Source of the DNA: an uncultured archaeon
GTDB lineage: Archaea; Asgardarchaeota; Thorarchaeia; Thorarchaeales; Thorarchaeaceae
Assembly (NCBI GenBank): GCA_964648855.1
Contig: CAZYLT010000001.1
Location: 1 to 32,000, forward strand
Direction: 5' to 3'
DNA length: 32,000 nt
Positions 18,333 to 27,900 of this stretch are shown here, piece by piece. The first letter of the stretch is position 1, and the number at the start of each line of letters is the position of its first letter. The notes below the pieces were generated by a model. That model was not told the origin of the DNA. It ran no database searches and saw only the letters and a list, made by a program, of their open reading frames with translations. The translations under genes were made by a program, and so were the position numbers.

Positions 18333-19484
18333 ATGACAGTTGCTATAGTTGGTATTGGACACACTGATTTTCGAAGTACAACACCCGACGTTTCCTTCAA
18401 AGAACAGATGTTTGAGGCTGCTCTCAAAGCTTACGAGGATGCAGGAGTTAATCCAAGAGAGGATGTTGGCAGTTTCATTACAGGTGCTGAGGACTACTGG
18501 GAAGGTTACTCGATTTTTGACGAGTTTGTGCCTGACCAGCTTGGTGCAGTCCTCCGCTCGGTCTGTACAATAAGTGGAGACGGAATGCAGGCTCTAATCA
18601 CAGGAGCCATGCAGATTGAAACGGGGTTGTTTGATATTGTTGCAGTCGAGGCTCACAGCAAGGCCTCTGATTTGCTATCATTCACAGGAATTGTGAGCCA
18701 TGCTCTTGACCCAGTATACAATCGAAGTATGGATGTAAATCCGTTCTTTGTGGCCGGTCTTGAAATGAGAAAATATCTCTCCAAGTCCGGTAATACTCGA
18801 GAGCAATGCGCTCATGTGGTCACAAAGAATAGAAAGAACGCTCTTGACAATCCGCTTGCAGCGTATCCTGCGATTATGTCTGTCGCCGAGGTCATGAAAT
18901 CAGAACAGGTTTCTGATCCCTTGACCAAACGTGATATTAGTCCTCTTGCAGACGGAGCGATTGTTTTCGTTCTTGCTTCAGAGAAGAAAGCCAAAGAGCT
19001 CTCAGACTATCCCATTTGGTTGAAGGGCATGAGTTGGATCTCTGAAACTCCGTGGCTTGAGTCACGTGATTGGAGTGATGCACTCTATGCTCGCAAGACT
19101 GCGAAAAAGGCGTTCAAAATGGCTGGAATATCGAATCCAGAAAAAGAGATTGGTCTCTTAGAGGTTGATGATTGGTTTTCATATAAAGAACTGCAACACC
19201 TAGAGGCAATTGGACTATGCAAAACAGGCGAAGCTGGAAAGCTCCTGGAAGAAGGCGCTTTCAGTAGAGATGGAGATACTCCAGTGAATATCTCTGGTGG
19301 AAGACTGGGAGCAGGTAATCTACTTGAGGCTTCTTCTCTTCAGTCGGTGTTGGAGTGTGTCTTACAGCTTAGAGGCCATGCCGGAAAGCGACAGTTGGAT
19401 GATATAGATACAGCGGTTGCCCAATCATGGCGTGGGGTGCCCACAGCAACTGGCAGCCTGCTAGTTCTTGGGAGTGAAAAATAG
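18333..19484 (+). CDS. Thiolase-fold protein (SCP-x/Ltp4-like, no canonical catalytic Cys)
   Basis: VAIVGIG, KNRKNALDNP, SPLADGA, EVDDWFSY, VNISGG. Confidence 0.88.
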   Translation: MTVAIVGIGHTDFRSTTPDVSFKEQMFEAALKAYEDAGVNPREDVGSFITGAEDYWEGYSIFDEFVPDQLGAVLRSVCTISGDGMQALITGAMQIETGLFDIVAVEAHSKASDLLSFTGIVSHALDPVYNRSMDVNPFFVAGLEMRKYLSKSGNTREQCAHVVTKNRKNALDNPLAAYPAIMSVAEVMKSEQVSDPLTKRDISPLADGAIVFVLASEKKAKELSDYPIWLKGMSWISETPWLESRDWSDALYARKTAKKAFKMAGISNPEKEIGLLEVDDWFSYKELQHLEAIGLCKTGEAGKLLEEGAFSRDGDTPVNISGGRLGAGNLLEASSLQSVLECVLQLRGHAGKRQLDDIDTAVAQSWRGVPTATGSLLVLGSEK

Positions 19485-19497
19485 GAGGAGATGGAAG

Positions 19498-20661
19498 ATG
19501 ACGATAAAGAAACGTGTAGCAGTTATTGGTGCTGGGATTACACTCTTCAGACGTAGACTGAAGGAGACTGGCAAAGAGTTGTCATACCACGCATCCAAGA
19601 TGGCACTTGATTCTGCTGAGATGAATCTAAGTGAAATTGAGAGCGTCGTGATGGGTACTGCTCCAGATGCTTTTGATGGTATTCATATGAAATCTGAAAA
19701 TCTGCTTGATGGCGCGGGCGGAGTCGGCAAACCGTATATGAGGCCCTTTGTTGGTGGTGGTACAGGCGTATTCTCGCCAATAGCAGGTTGGTGGCATGTT
19801 GCTTCCGGATTATTTGATACCTGCTTGGTTGTTGCTGAGGAGAAAATGAGCCCATGTCAACCCCATCCGCAGACTGCATTTCGCACCATATGGGATCCAA
19901 TAATAACCAGGCCTCTGAACCCGAATCTTGTCTGGATTTTTGCCTTGGAAATGAACCGATACATGAAAAAGTACGGTATTCCAAAGGAACACATTGCTGA
20001 GGTTGCTGTGAAGAATAAAGGAAATGCTCTTGATCATCCGAGTGCTCAGCTAGCTGCCAAGATAACGGTCGATGATGTTATGAACTCTGAAACAATGGTT
20101 TATCCCGTCCAGCGATTGGATATCAGTCCACCCAGTGACGGAGCAGCCGCTCTGATTCTTGCTTCGGAGGACGTAGCTAAGAAATATACTGACTCTCCAG
20201 TTTGGATTGATGGAGTAGGTTGGTCTCTTGACAGTTCTTACTGGACAAATAGAGACCTCTATTTCCCGCAATATGTTGCTGAGGCAGCCAAAATGGCTTA
20301 TAAGATGGCGAAAATAGACAATCCACCGAAAGAAGTCGATTTTGCGGAGCCATATGATCCATTCACTTACAAAGAACTGCATCACATGGAAGGTTTACTC
20401 CTTGCAGAGAAGGGCCAAGCTCCGAAGCTTACGGCAGAAGGTGTAACTCAGCGTGATGGTGACCTTCCGATATGTCCATCTGGAGGCTTATTGGGAGTGG
20501 GAAATCCTATTGCAGCTGCCGGGTTGATGAAATGTTGTGAGGCCTTCTGGCAACTGAGAAATGAAGCTGGGAAACGGCAAGTTGATGGAGCAGAAACTGG
20601 TGTGTGCCAGGCGTGGGGAGACCTCATGCAGGTTGGCACAGTTACAGTATTCAGGAGATGA
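19498..20661 (+). CDS. Thiolase-fold protein (SCP-x/Ltp3-like, catalytic Cys replaced by Gly)
   Basis: RVAVIGAG, PFVGGGTG, EEKMS, KNKGNALDHPSAQ, SPPSDGA, EPYDPF, CPSGG..GNPIAAAG. Confidence 0.9.
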   Translation: MTIKKRVAVIGAGITLFRRRLKETGKELSYHASKMALDSAEMNLSEIESVVMGTAPDAFDGIHMKSENLLDGAGGVGKPYMRPFVGGGTGVFSPIAGWWHVASGLFDTCLVVAEEKMSPCQPHPQTAFRTIWDPIITRPLNPNLVWIFALEMNRYMKKYGIPKEHIAEVAVKNKGNALDHPSAQLAAKITVDDVMNSETMVYPVQRLDISPPSDGAAALILASEDVAKKYTDSPVWIDGVGWSLDSSYWTNRDLYFPQYVAEAAKMAYKMAKIDNPPKEVDFAEPYDPFTYKELHHMEGLLLAEKGQAPKLTAEGVTQRDGDLPICPSGGLLGVGNPIAAAGLMKCCEAFWQLRNEAGKRQVDGAETGVCQAWGDLMQVGTVTVFRR

Positions 20662-21182
20662 TAGAGATGAGTGAGAAAATGAAAGAAGTTCCAGGCGAAT
20701 ACCTTCGCGACTCTGAGCTCAAGGCAGAAGATGCTATCGCATTCCGGTGGCGACCAAATGCCAAATATGTCTGGAGTGCAGGCATCGCATATAGCAAGTT
20801 CTTGGAAGGATTGAAGAATGGAAAAATCATTGGACGCGCTTGTCGAGAGTGTGGGCGAGTAATAGTACCTCCCAGGATGTTCTGTGCGCAGTGTTTCCGT
20901 TCAACAGATGAATGGGTTCAGGTCAAGGATACTGGAACAATAAATACATACTCCATATCCTATCTTGATGCTGATGCAAACCGAATAGATGAACCGATTC
21001 TTGTTGCAGTTATTGATCTCGATGGTGCATCTGAAGGCATCGGAATACTCCACCTTGTAGGAAACTGCAAACCCGATGACTTGCACATCGGAATGAAACT
21101 CCGTGCGGTCTGGAAACCAGAAGAAGAGAGAATTGGGTCTGTTAGAGACATTGAATATTTCGAACCAATCGAGGAGGACTAG
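20658..21182 (+). CDS. DUF35 Zn-ribbon/OB-fold protein
   Basis: CRECGRVIVPPRMFCAQC, GTINTYS, IGMKLRAVW. ATGA overlap with the thiolase stop. Confidence 0.9.
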   Translation: MIEMSEKMKEVPGEYLRDSELKAEDAIAFRWRPNAKYVWSAGIAYSKFLEGLKNGKIIGRACRECGRVIVPPRMFCAQCFRSTDEWVQVKDTGTINTYSISYLDADANRIDEPILVAVIDLDGASEGIGILHLVGNCKPDDLHIGMKLRAVWKPEEERIGSVRDIEYFEPIEED

Positions 21183-21186
21183 CAAA

Positions 21187-21657
21187 ATGTCATTCGATAA
21201 AATAACGAATCCTTTGAAACTCCACCATCTTGTAGGAGATATGGAGGCTGACTATATCTATACTGCAGGCATAGCCGGTGAGAAGTTCTTCATGGCACTT
21301 AGAGATGAAGGAAAACTACTCGCCACCCCCTGCAAAAAATGTGGCATAACTTACATGCCTCCCCGAATGTACTGTGAACAGTGCTTCGAGAGTCTTCGGG
21401 AGTATCAGGAAGTGCCAGCGAGTGGTGTCGTTGACACTTATACAGTGACATATGAAGACAGAGATAGCGAGAAACTGGCAGCGCCTGTAGTAGTGGCGTT
21501 CATCAGGATTGATGAAACTGACGGCGGGCTCATTCACCAGCTTGGTGATATCAAGGGCAGCGAAGCGAAGATTGGCATGCGAGTGACTGCTGTACTCAAG
21601 GACAAGTCAAAACGGAAGGGCGGGCTGACAGACATAGAATACTTCAAGCCGGAATAG
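21187..21657 (+). CDS. DUF35 Zn-ribbon/OB-fold protein
   Basis: CKKCGITYMPPRMYCEQC, GVVDTYT, IGMRVTAV. Confidence 0.9.
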   Translation: MSFDKITNPLKLHHLVGDMEADYIYTAGIAGEKFFMALRDEGKLLATPCKKCGITYMPPRMYCEQCFESLREYQEVPASGVVDTYTVTYEDRDSEKLAAPVVVAFIRIDETDGGLIHQLGDIKGSEAKIGMRVTAVLKDKSKRKGGLTDIEYFKPE

Positions 21658-21667
21658 CATTTTTCCA

Positions 21668-21715
21668 TAAATGAGTTGGTTATATAGGCCAACTCGTTTA
21701 CTTTCTCTTATTTCT
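21668..21715 (+). terminator. Stem-loop plus pyrimidine tract ending the thiolase/DUF35 operon
   Basis: TAAATGAGTTGGTT-ATATA-GGCCAACTCGTTTA forms a 14-bp stem including G:U pairs, followed by CTTTCTCTTATTTCT. Confidence 0.65.
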
Positions 21716-22007
21716 AGTTAACATCTTACAAAAGAGAAATGATGACGAGAAATATCTGGAGGCACGAGAACGTATTCAGGATACCGCCACTGACTGTTGA
21801 TTCGGGCATGCCGATTACTTGGAGCTAGAGTTAGAGATGCCCTTAGAAAGAGCAAATCATGGAACTCAGTGGGAGCGTTTTTGTCGTGAGTATCATTACA
21901 TTCTACTTCTCCTCAAGCAGAAGCCAAGCAGTACGCTATTCCTACCCACACCACTCCTGCATGCCCAGCATCCAGCATGAGGGCTGGACTCTACGCTGTT
22001 TCCATCA

Positions 22008-22754
22008 TCATTGAAGCTCGGAACACACGGGACAATCCTCCCTGCGTTGTACGGGTGTTGACGTGTAGTCCATACGGCAACCATCGAAGAGCAGAATCCG
22101 ACCTACCAGCGTTTCTCCGAATCCAACAATCAGTTTCAGGACCTCCATGACCTGCAGCATAGCAAACAGACCGGGGGTTGCCCCTACAACTGGAAACGTG
22201 GAGACCTCCTTTGGGGTGTCGGGCAGAATACATCGAAGGCATGGGCCTTTCCCAGGGATAATCGTAGTAACCTGACCATAAAGAGCATGAATTCCGGCAT
22301 GCACAAGCGGCTTCTTCTGGTTCACGCATTCTTGGTTCAATAAAAATCGAGTCGGCCAGTTGTCCATCGCGTCGACCACCACATCGGCACCGTTGAGAAG
22401 CCTAGCAACACTGTCTTCGTTGATTTCGGTGACACGGGCGTCAATCTCAACATTCGAATTCAGCGCAAGGAGTTTCTTCGCAACGGCTTCTGCCTTAGGT
22501 TGACCAATATCCTCCTGCCATCCGAGTGTCTGACGATTCAAATTGCTAAGCTCAAAATAGTCATAGTCAACCAGCACAAGCCGGCCTACACCCGCTGCAG
22601 TCAGGTAGAGCGTCACAGGACATCCAAGACCGCCGACTCCAGCAACAAGCACTATGGCTTCCTTCAGTTTCTCTTGTCCCTCCACTCCCCAGTCCGAAAT
22701 CATCATCTGGCGTTCATACCGTTTGAGCTCAGAGTCCGAGAGGGTCGTCTTCAT
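22008..22754 (-). CDS. ThiF/MoeB/HesA family E1-like adenylyltransferase
   Basis: RYERQ, GVGGLG, ELSNLNRQ, DAMDN..TR, CLRC, CPVC. ATG 22754 follows GGAGGT. Confidence 0.92.
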   Translation of the reverse strand: MKTTLSDSELKRYERQMMISDWGVEGQEKLKEAIVLVAGVGGLGCPVTLYLTAAGVGRLVLVDYDYFELSNLNRQTLGWQEDIGQPKAEAVAKKLLALNSNVEIDARVTEINEDSVARLLNGADVVVDAMDNWPTRFLLNQECVNQKKPLVHAGIHALYGQVTTIIPGKGPCLRCILPDTPKEVSTFPVVGATPGLFAMLQVMEVLKLIVGFGETLVGRILLFDGCRMDYTSTPVQRREDCPVCSELQ

Positions 22755-22874
22755 ATCATATCTACCTCCAACTCCCTTTGTCACCCTTCAATATAGGACT
22801 TGCTCAGGTAATCTGGCCGCAGCCACAATGTTGAAAACGGTTCAGATCTCTCTACATTGTGAGCAGGTGATTTG

Positions 22875-23165
22875 ATGAGCATCGTCGTCAATTATTTCGG
22901 GCTCTTTGCTTCGAAGTTCGAAACCAAAAATGACTCGCTGGAAATGTCTAGCGGAAGCAGGGTCAGGGATCTGTTTGTTCACTTGATAGAGAAACACGAC
23001 CAGATCTTCAGATCATACATCTACGATCCCGAAAAAGGGGAACTGAATGGAGATGTAGTTGTCAGTATCAATGACGTGCCCATTCTTCGAATGCAGGGGC
23101 TAGACACGCTCATCGGTGACGGGGACCAGATCGATATTCTACCTATCTTTGCAGGTGGCGGATGA
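22875..23165 (+). CDS. MoaD/ThiS/SAMP ubiquitin-like (beta-grasp) protein
   Basis: VNYFG...VVSIND...LDTLIGDGDQIDILPIFAGGG with C-terminal di-Gly; RBS GGTGA. Confidence 0.9.
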   Translation: MSIVVNYFGLFASKFETKNDSLEMSSGSRVRDLFVHLIEKHDQIFRSYIYDPEKGELNGDVVVSINDVPILRMQGLDTLIGDGDQIDILPIFAGGG

Positions 23166-23275
23166 AACTCGAAATATAGTATCTCTGGTCTAACACCATC
23201 ATTGCCGCCGACGGACAGACAAGGACGATTTATCTGAATTCGTGTTCTAGTAGAGAAACAAATGGAGGAACCCTC

Positions 23276-23473
23276 ATGGGTATAGCCAAGAAAATCGGTA
23301 TCTTAATCCTGGTCTACTTGCTGGTCGGACTAGTCTGGTCAGTCCTGCGATGGCACAACATCATCCCAATCGAGCCTGGTGGTCTGGAAGGCCCCCTGAA
23401 CATTTTGTACCTGGTCTTTGAACCAGTGTCATTCCTTTTCTTTATGCTCCTCATTGCGTTGGGTCTACTCTGA
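23276..23473 (+). CDS. Small 2-TM membrane protein
   Basis: GGAGG RBS and two hydrophobic helices. Confidence 0.65.
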   Translation: MGIAKKIGILILVYLLVGLVWSVLRWHNIIPIEPGGLEGPLNILYLVFEPVSFLFFMLLIALGLL

Positions 23474-23643
23474 TCTCCTTTGACTCTCCACCAAAGCCTG
23501 CAGATAGTAATCCACAGAGAATCTACCAAATCTCTCTCCTCTGCGAAATAGTTGTAGCCTGAGCGATTGACCTCCTTATATTAGACTTTTACTAAGAAAG
23601 GGTTTACGGGCATTCTTTTCGTTTTGAGTAGGATTTTCATCAA

Positions 23644-23650
23644 TTATAAA
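23644..23650 (+). promoter_or_regulatory. TATA box for a probably leaderless yhhN-like transcript
   Basis: TTATAAA about 25 nt before ATG 23676, with no RBS. Confidence 0.45.
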
Positions 23651-23675
23651 GGGCAGAAATCAAATCAACAAGAAC

Positions 23676-24344
23676 ATGAATCTTGTATTGTATGGCATCA
23701 TATTTTGGACCTGTGCGATAATCTATATTGTCCTCGAATGGAAATCGATGACCGGAACTCCTTTCACAACAATGCTAAAAGCAATTCCTGCCTTCTCTGC
23801 AGTTCTATATGTTCTACTCTTTGCAAATTTAGCAGGCATTTTCTCTCTTCTTCTCCTTACGGCTTTAGCCTTCTGTGGAATGGGAGATATCGCAATGGAG
23901 TATGATATTTTGTCGGGGTTGGGTTTGTTTCTTATCAGCCATATCCTATACACGGCCAATTTCATATTTCATGCCTTGAGGAACCTCACACTCACTTCTA
24001 TTGGGGCATTTGTTGCTAGTCTATCCGCGATGATGGTATATGTGGGCGTATTTCATCGATACATCAGAAGTGCGGAAGAACCAACCGAGCTGCTCCCAGC
24101 TGTCGATCTCTACGCCCTCCTGATTTCATTAACACTCAGTTCATCTGTGATGCTATGGTTCTCAGCGAACATCCTACTTGGTGTTCTTCCAATCATTGGA
24201 GCGATCTTCTTCATAATTTCCGACTCATTGATTGGAGTAAGAGAATTCCATCATCGCTTTCAGTATGATGAACCTGTCACCATGATTACTTACTATCTCG
24301 CAATATTCCTCCTGTCAACTGCAGCATTCACCTATGGCTTCTAG
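23676..24344 (+). CDS. YhhN/TMEM86 family lysoplasmalogenase
   Basis: LKAIP, MGDIAM, GLGLFLISHILY, GAIFFIISDSLIG, TYYLA and about 8 TM segments. Confidence 0.85.
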   Translation: MNLVLYGIIFWTCAIIYIVLEWKSMTGTPFTTMLKAIPAFSAVLYVLLFANLAGIFSLLLLTALAFCGMGDIAMEYDILSGLGLFLISHILYTANFIFHALRNLTLTSIGAFVASLSAMMVYVGVFHRYIRSAEEPTELLPAVDLYALLISLTLSSSVMLWFSANILLGVLPIIGAIFFIISDSLIGVREFHHRFQYDEPVTMITYYLAIFLLSTAAFTYGF

Positions 24345-24464
24345 GTTGGTTCAGGAATCTATGGATGAAGGTATAAAGCTCGTTAGGAAAATCAGGTCTA
24401 GTCCATTGAATGAATCTAACATTGCAAAGAGAAACAAAGAACTTACTAGGACAAAAATACAATA

Positions 24465-24806
24465 GTGCGTGTTTGGCGGGGCAAATTGAAGCGTACTAAT
24501 GAGTCTACTATCAAAAGGCTTTTTTCAGAACACCTACTAAAGGTCGTTTCCTTGGATATTGAAGGACAGGGGGCAAAGAGTGAATCAGGGATAGTTGTAT
24601 CGCATCTGTCGTACCCCAATGTTGAAGCTCATCTCTTTACTGCAGCAAACGCCGCAGGGTGGATACCGAAACTGACCTCTGCTGGTGACATAGAAGTGAG
24701 TCACTCCTCACTGAATAAGAGAGATGAGGGGAAATCGGCATGGGATAAGCTGATGAATTCCATCCAAGTATTGATGAATCGATTGAAACTCGGAGGGCGA
24801 TTGTGA
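24465..24806 (+). CDS. Hypothetical protein
   Basis: 113-aa ORF co-oriented with its neighbours. Its C-terminus (KLGGRL) is nearly the same as that of the next gene. Confidence 0.5.
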   Translation: MRVWRGKLKRTNESTIKRLFSEHLLKVVSLDIEGQGAKSESGIVVSHLSYPNVEAHLFTAANAAGWIPKLTSAGDIEVSHSSLNKRDEGKSAWDKLMNSIQVLMNRLKLGGRL

Positions 24807-24870
24807 GTTCAGACAACTAATCAGAAAAGGAACGCATGGATTCGTACGTCAGTGCTAGTACGATTTGAAT
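24784..24870 (+). repeat. Diverged direct repeat, copy 1
   Basis: About 68/88 identical to 28802-28889 by manual alignment. Confidence 0.85.
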
Positions 24871-24993
24871 TCAATTGATAGTGTCCCGGTATTCGTCGTG
24901 AGGTTAGGATAATGGGCTCACAGATTCACAAAGGTTGCGCTGGATTTATATTCGGACAAAGCACGCAAGGAAGAACTTGAAGGCGCATCATCT

Positions 24994-27900
24994 ATGAAGT
25001 ACAAAATCCTCCTCTTTCTGTTTGCTTTGCTTGTGCTCAGAAATGCTCAAGCAGCTGGAACACATACCTCATCATCGCATGCCACGCTCGATGATAGGAG
25101 TTTCGAAGCCGCTTATACTCCACATGACCCGATTTCCATCACAAGTGATAGTGATTTCGAAACTCAGGGGTGGCCAGGAAACGGAACAGCGGAGAATCCG
25201 TATAGAATCGAGGGCCTAAACATCACAACTAATGGCCATTGCATTGAAATCACGTCAACTACTGTGCATTACCTAATCAAGAATTGTTTGCTATCTGCAA
25301 CGAACCCCACCAATAATCCTGGCATATATCTTTTCTCAGCACCTAATGGAACCATTCAGGATTGCAAGATGGAAAATCATCTAAGCAACGTCTGGCTTAG
25401 CGTTTCTGACAACTGTACTTTCAAGAACAATACTATTTCTGAAACAAGCAACCAAGGAATTAAACTGTGGGGATCCAACCAGTGCGCTATAATCAATAAC
25501 ACTTTCGCCAACAATTCCGAATCTGCTATAAACCTAGAACAGACATCCAATTCCACAATTGCCAACAATACTTTCCAAAACAACGGTCTCGTTATCTCAA
25601 ATAATGATCAAATCGAGTACTGGATCACGCACGATGTGTCAGGAAACACGGTTAACGGCAAAGAGCTTGCGTATCTCAAGAATTTGAATAACACCAAGAT
25701 AGATGCAAGCACCCACGGGCAGACCATCCTTGTGAACTGCAATAATATTACGCTTGCAAATGGCACATACAACAATGCATCACGGGGAATTCAATTTGCA
25801 TTCTGCACCAACACAACAATCAGAAATAATACTGTGCTTGCTAGCAAATACGGTATCTTACAGCACTCTTCCCCCAGGAGTTACGTGATCAACAATACCG
25901 CTCGCTTGAACGAATTTGGTTTTCTCCTTTCTTCCGAAAACATGACAGCATCAAACAACACAGCCACAGAAAACCGACACGGATTCTATATCTCTGGCTA
26001 TAACGCCTTAATTTCTGGAAATGATGCGATAAACAATTCCCAGGATGGCTTCTGGATAAACACGGAAGAATCTAATTTTACGCAAAATGTAGTAAGCCAA
26101 AATCAGGTCGGTCTGAATCTCCACTATGATGACGCCTCCAATTTCGCTATGAACGAAGTGAGCAATAACAGTGAATCCGGATTCTATCTTAACATGGTTC
26201 TTGGGAGTACATTCTTGAACAATAGTATTTCAAACAGCAAACACGGAATGCACATCACAAGAGATGCCTACCAATGTTCACTGTACAACAATTCATTTCA
26301 GCAATGCGGGATGTTCCTGGATGTTAGTTCACTGAGAGAGTGGATAAAGAGCGAAGATGGAAACACCGTCAATGGAAAAACGCTGGGCTATTTCAACGGA
26401 GTTACCGGCACACAAATCGACGGTAGCCAATATGGGCAATTGGTGATTGTCGATTCCTCCTTCGTAGAGGTTGAAAGCGGGCTTTATGAAAATGCTACGG
26501 AGGGCGTTTCTCTGCTATTTTCTGACAATTGTACAATCAGAGGAACTTCCTCGGTGGATAATTCTATTAATACATATAGGATACTCCGGTCACAAGATTG
26601 CATATTTGAAAACAACACGGCGATTAATAGTCTCAATCATGGTTTCAATATACGCAATTCAAACCACATCCATTTGGAAAACAACACAGCACTTGGGAAT
26701 GCCCATCATGGTTTCTACAGTTCCTATTCGGATTTCATAGTGTTCCACAATAACACTGCAAAGCTGAATTCGGATAATGGATTTCACCTAGCTGGTGTTC
26801 ATTGGAACACGATAACAGACATCGCATTGAACCAAAACACAGCAAGAAACAACACGAATTACGGGTTCTTTGTTGAATACGCCGTGAACTGTAATCTAAC
26901 AAATAACCTTGCAAATGATAATGGTAAGTGCGGCTTCTGGATTGACAGCTCAACCAATCTCAATCTTACCGGTAACCGAGCCACTCAAAATGCAAATGAT
27001 GGAATCTCTATCGTCGAGACGGATAACAGCTATCTGCAAACAAATAGTGCTACTGGCAATTCATTCAACGGGTTCAGTTTGGAGAATTCTGATGGTTGGA
27101 TACTCACAAACAACTCCGCTGTTGCTAACCTGCTGGGATTCTCCTTTGATTCGGTAGTCAATTACAGTCTTGAAGAAAATTCTGCAATCTCCAATCTGTA
27201 TTATGGTTACAACTTCGCGAAGTCAAGTAATTTGAACCTGACAGACAATAATGCAACTTACAACGAGTTGACCGGCTTCAATTTTGATGATTCAGATGAT
27301 TGCATTGCTCTCAACAACACGGTTATTCAAAATGGCGTGGGAATAGAATTGGACGACACATCTGAGAATAATCTTTTCTACAGCAATAGTATTGGCTATA
27401 ATCATCATTACAATGGGTTTGATGATAGTCAATCTACCGCTTGGGATAATGGGACCATTGGAAATTGCTGGTCAGATTATGCTGGTTCAGGCTCATATCT
27501 AGTAGATGGTCTTGCCACCAATGTAGACAACCATCCATGTATACTCGACTTGTATGCTCCAAGACTGAATCACCCCCAAGATTTCAGCTATGAATTGGGT
27601 GCAGGGGGCAATTCAATAACCTGGGAAGCATCAGACCTGCGTTTAGATTCATACGTAGTTTATAGAAATGGCAGTGTGATAGATTCCGGTAGTACCGATG
27701 GTGTAAATCTCACAGTGGATGTAGATGGACTGGATATCGGCGTGTACAACTATACAATCAGTATCAATGATACTCTAGACAAGATTTCGATAGATAGTGT
27801 GTTCGTAACAGTTTTCGATTCTACTTCACCAGAAATAGATCGTCCAGAAGATATAGACTACGAGCTGGGTGCAACAGGAAATACAATCAACTGGAATGCT

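Noticed and set aside
21739-21793. Possible C/D box sRNA (ATGATGA ... CTGA, 55 nt)
   Set aside because: No convincing internal D'/C' boxes and no recognisable rRNA/tRNA complement.
21741-21980. Protein-like frame DDEKYLEARERIQDTATDC*FGHADY... with an internal TGA (selenoprotein or pseudogene?)
   Set aside because: No start codon or RBS in frame and no recognisable family.
23162-23173. 12-bp match ATGAAACTCGAA to the start of repeat copy 2
   Set aside because: The similarity does not extend and is compatible with chance.
24784-24870. Repeat as a SECIS element or integron attC site
   Set aside because: There is no in-frame UGA selenoprotein upstream and no clear AUGA/GA quartet. RYYYAAC...GTTRRRY boxes are not properly present in both copies, and no integrase is in the window.
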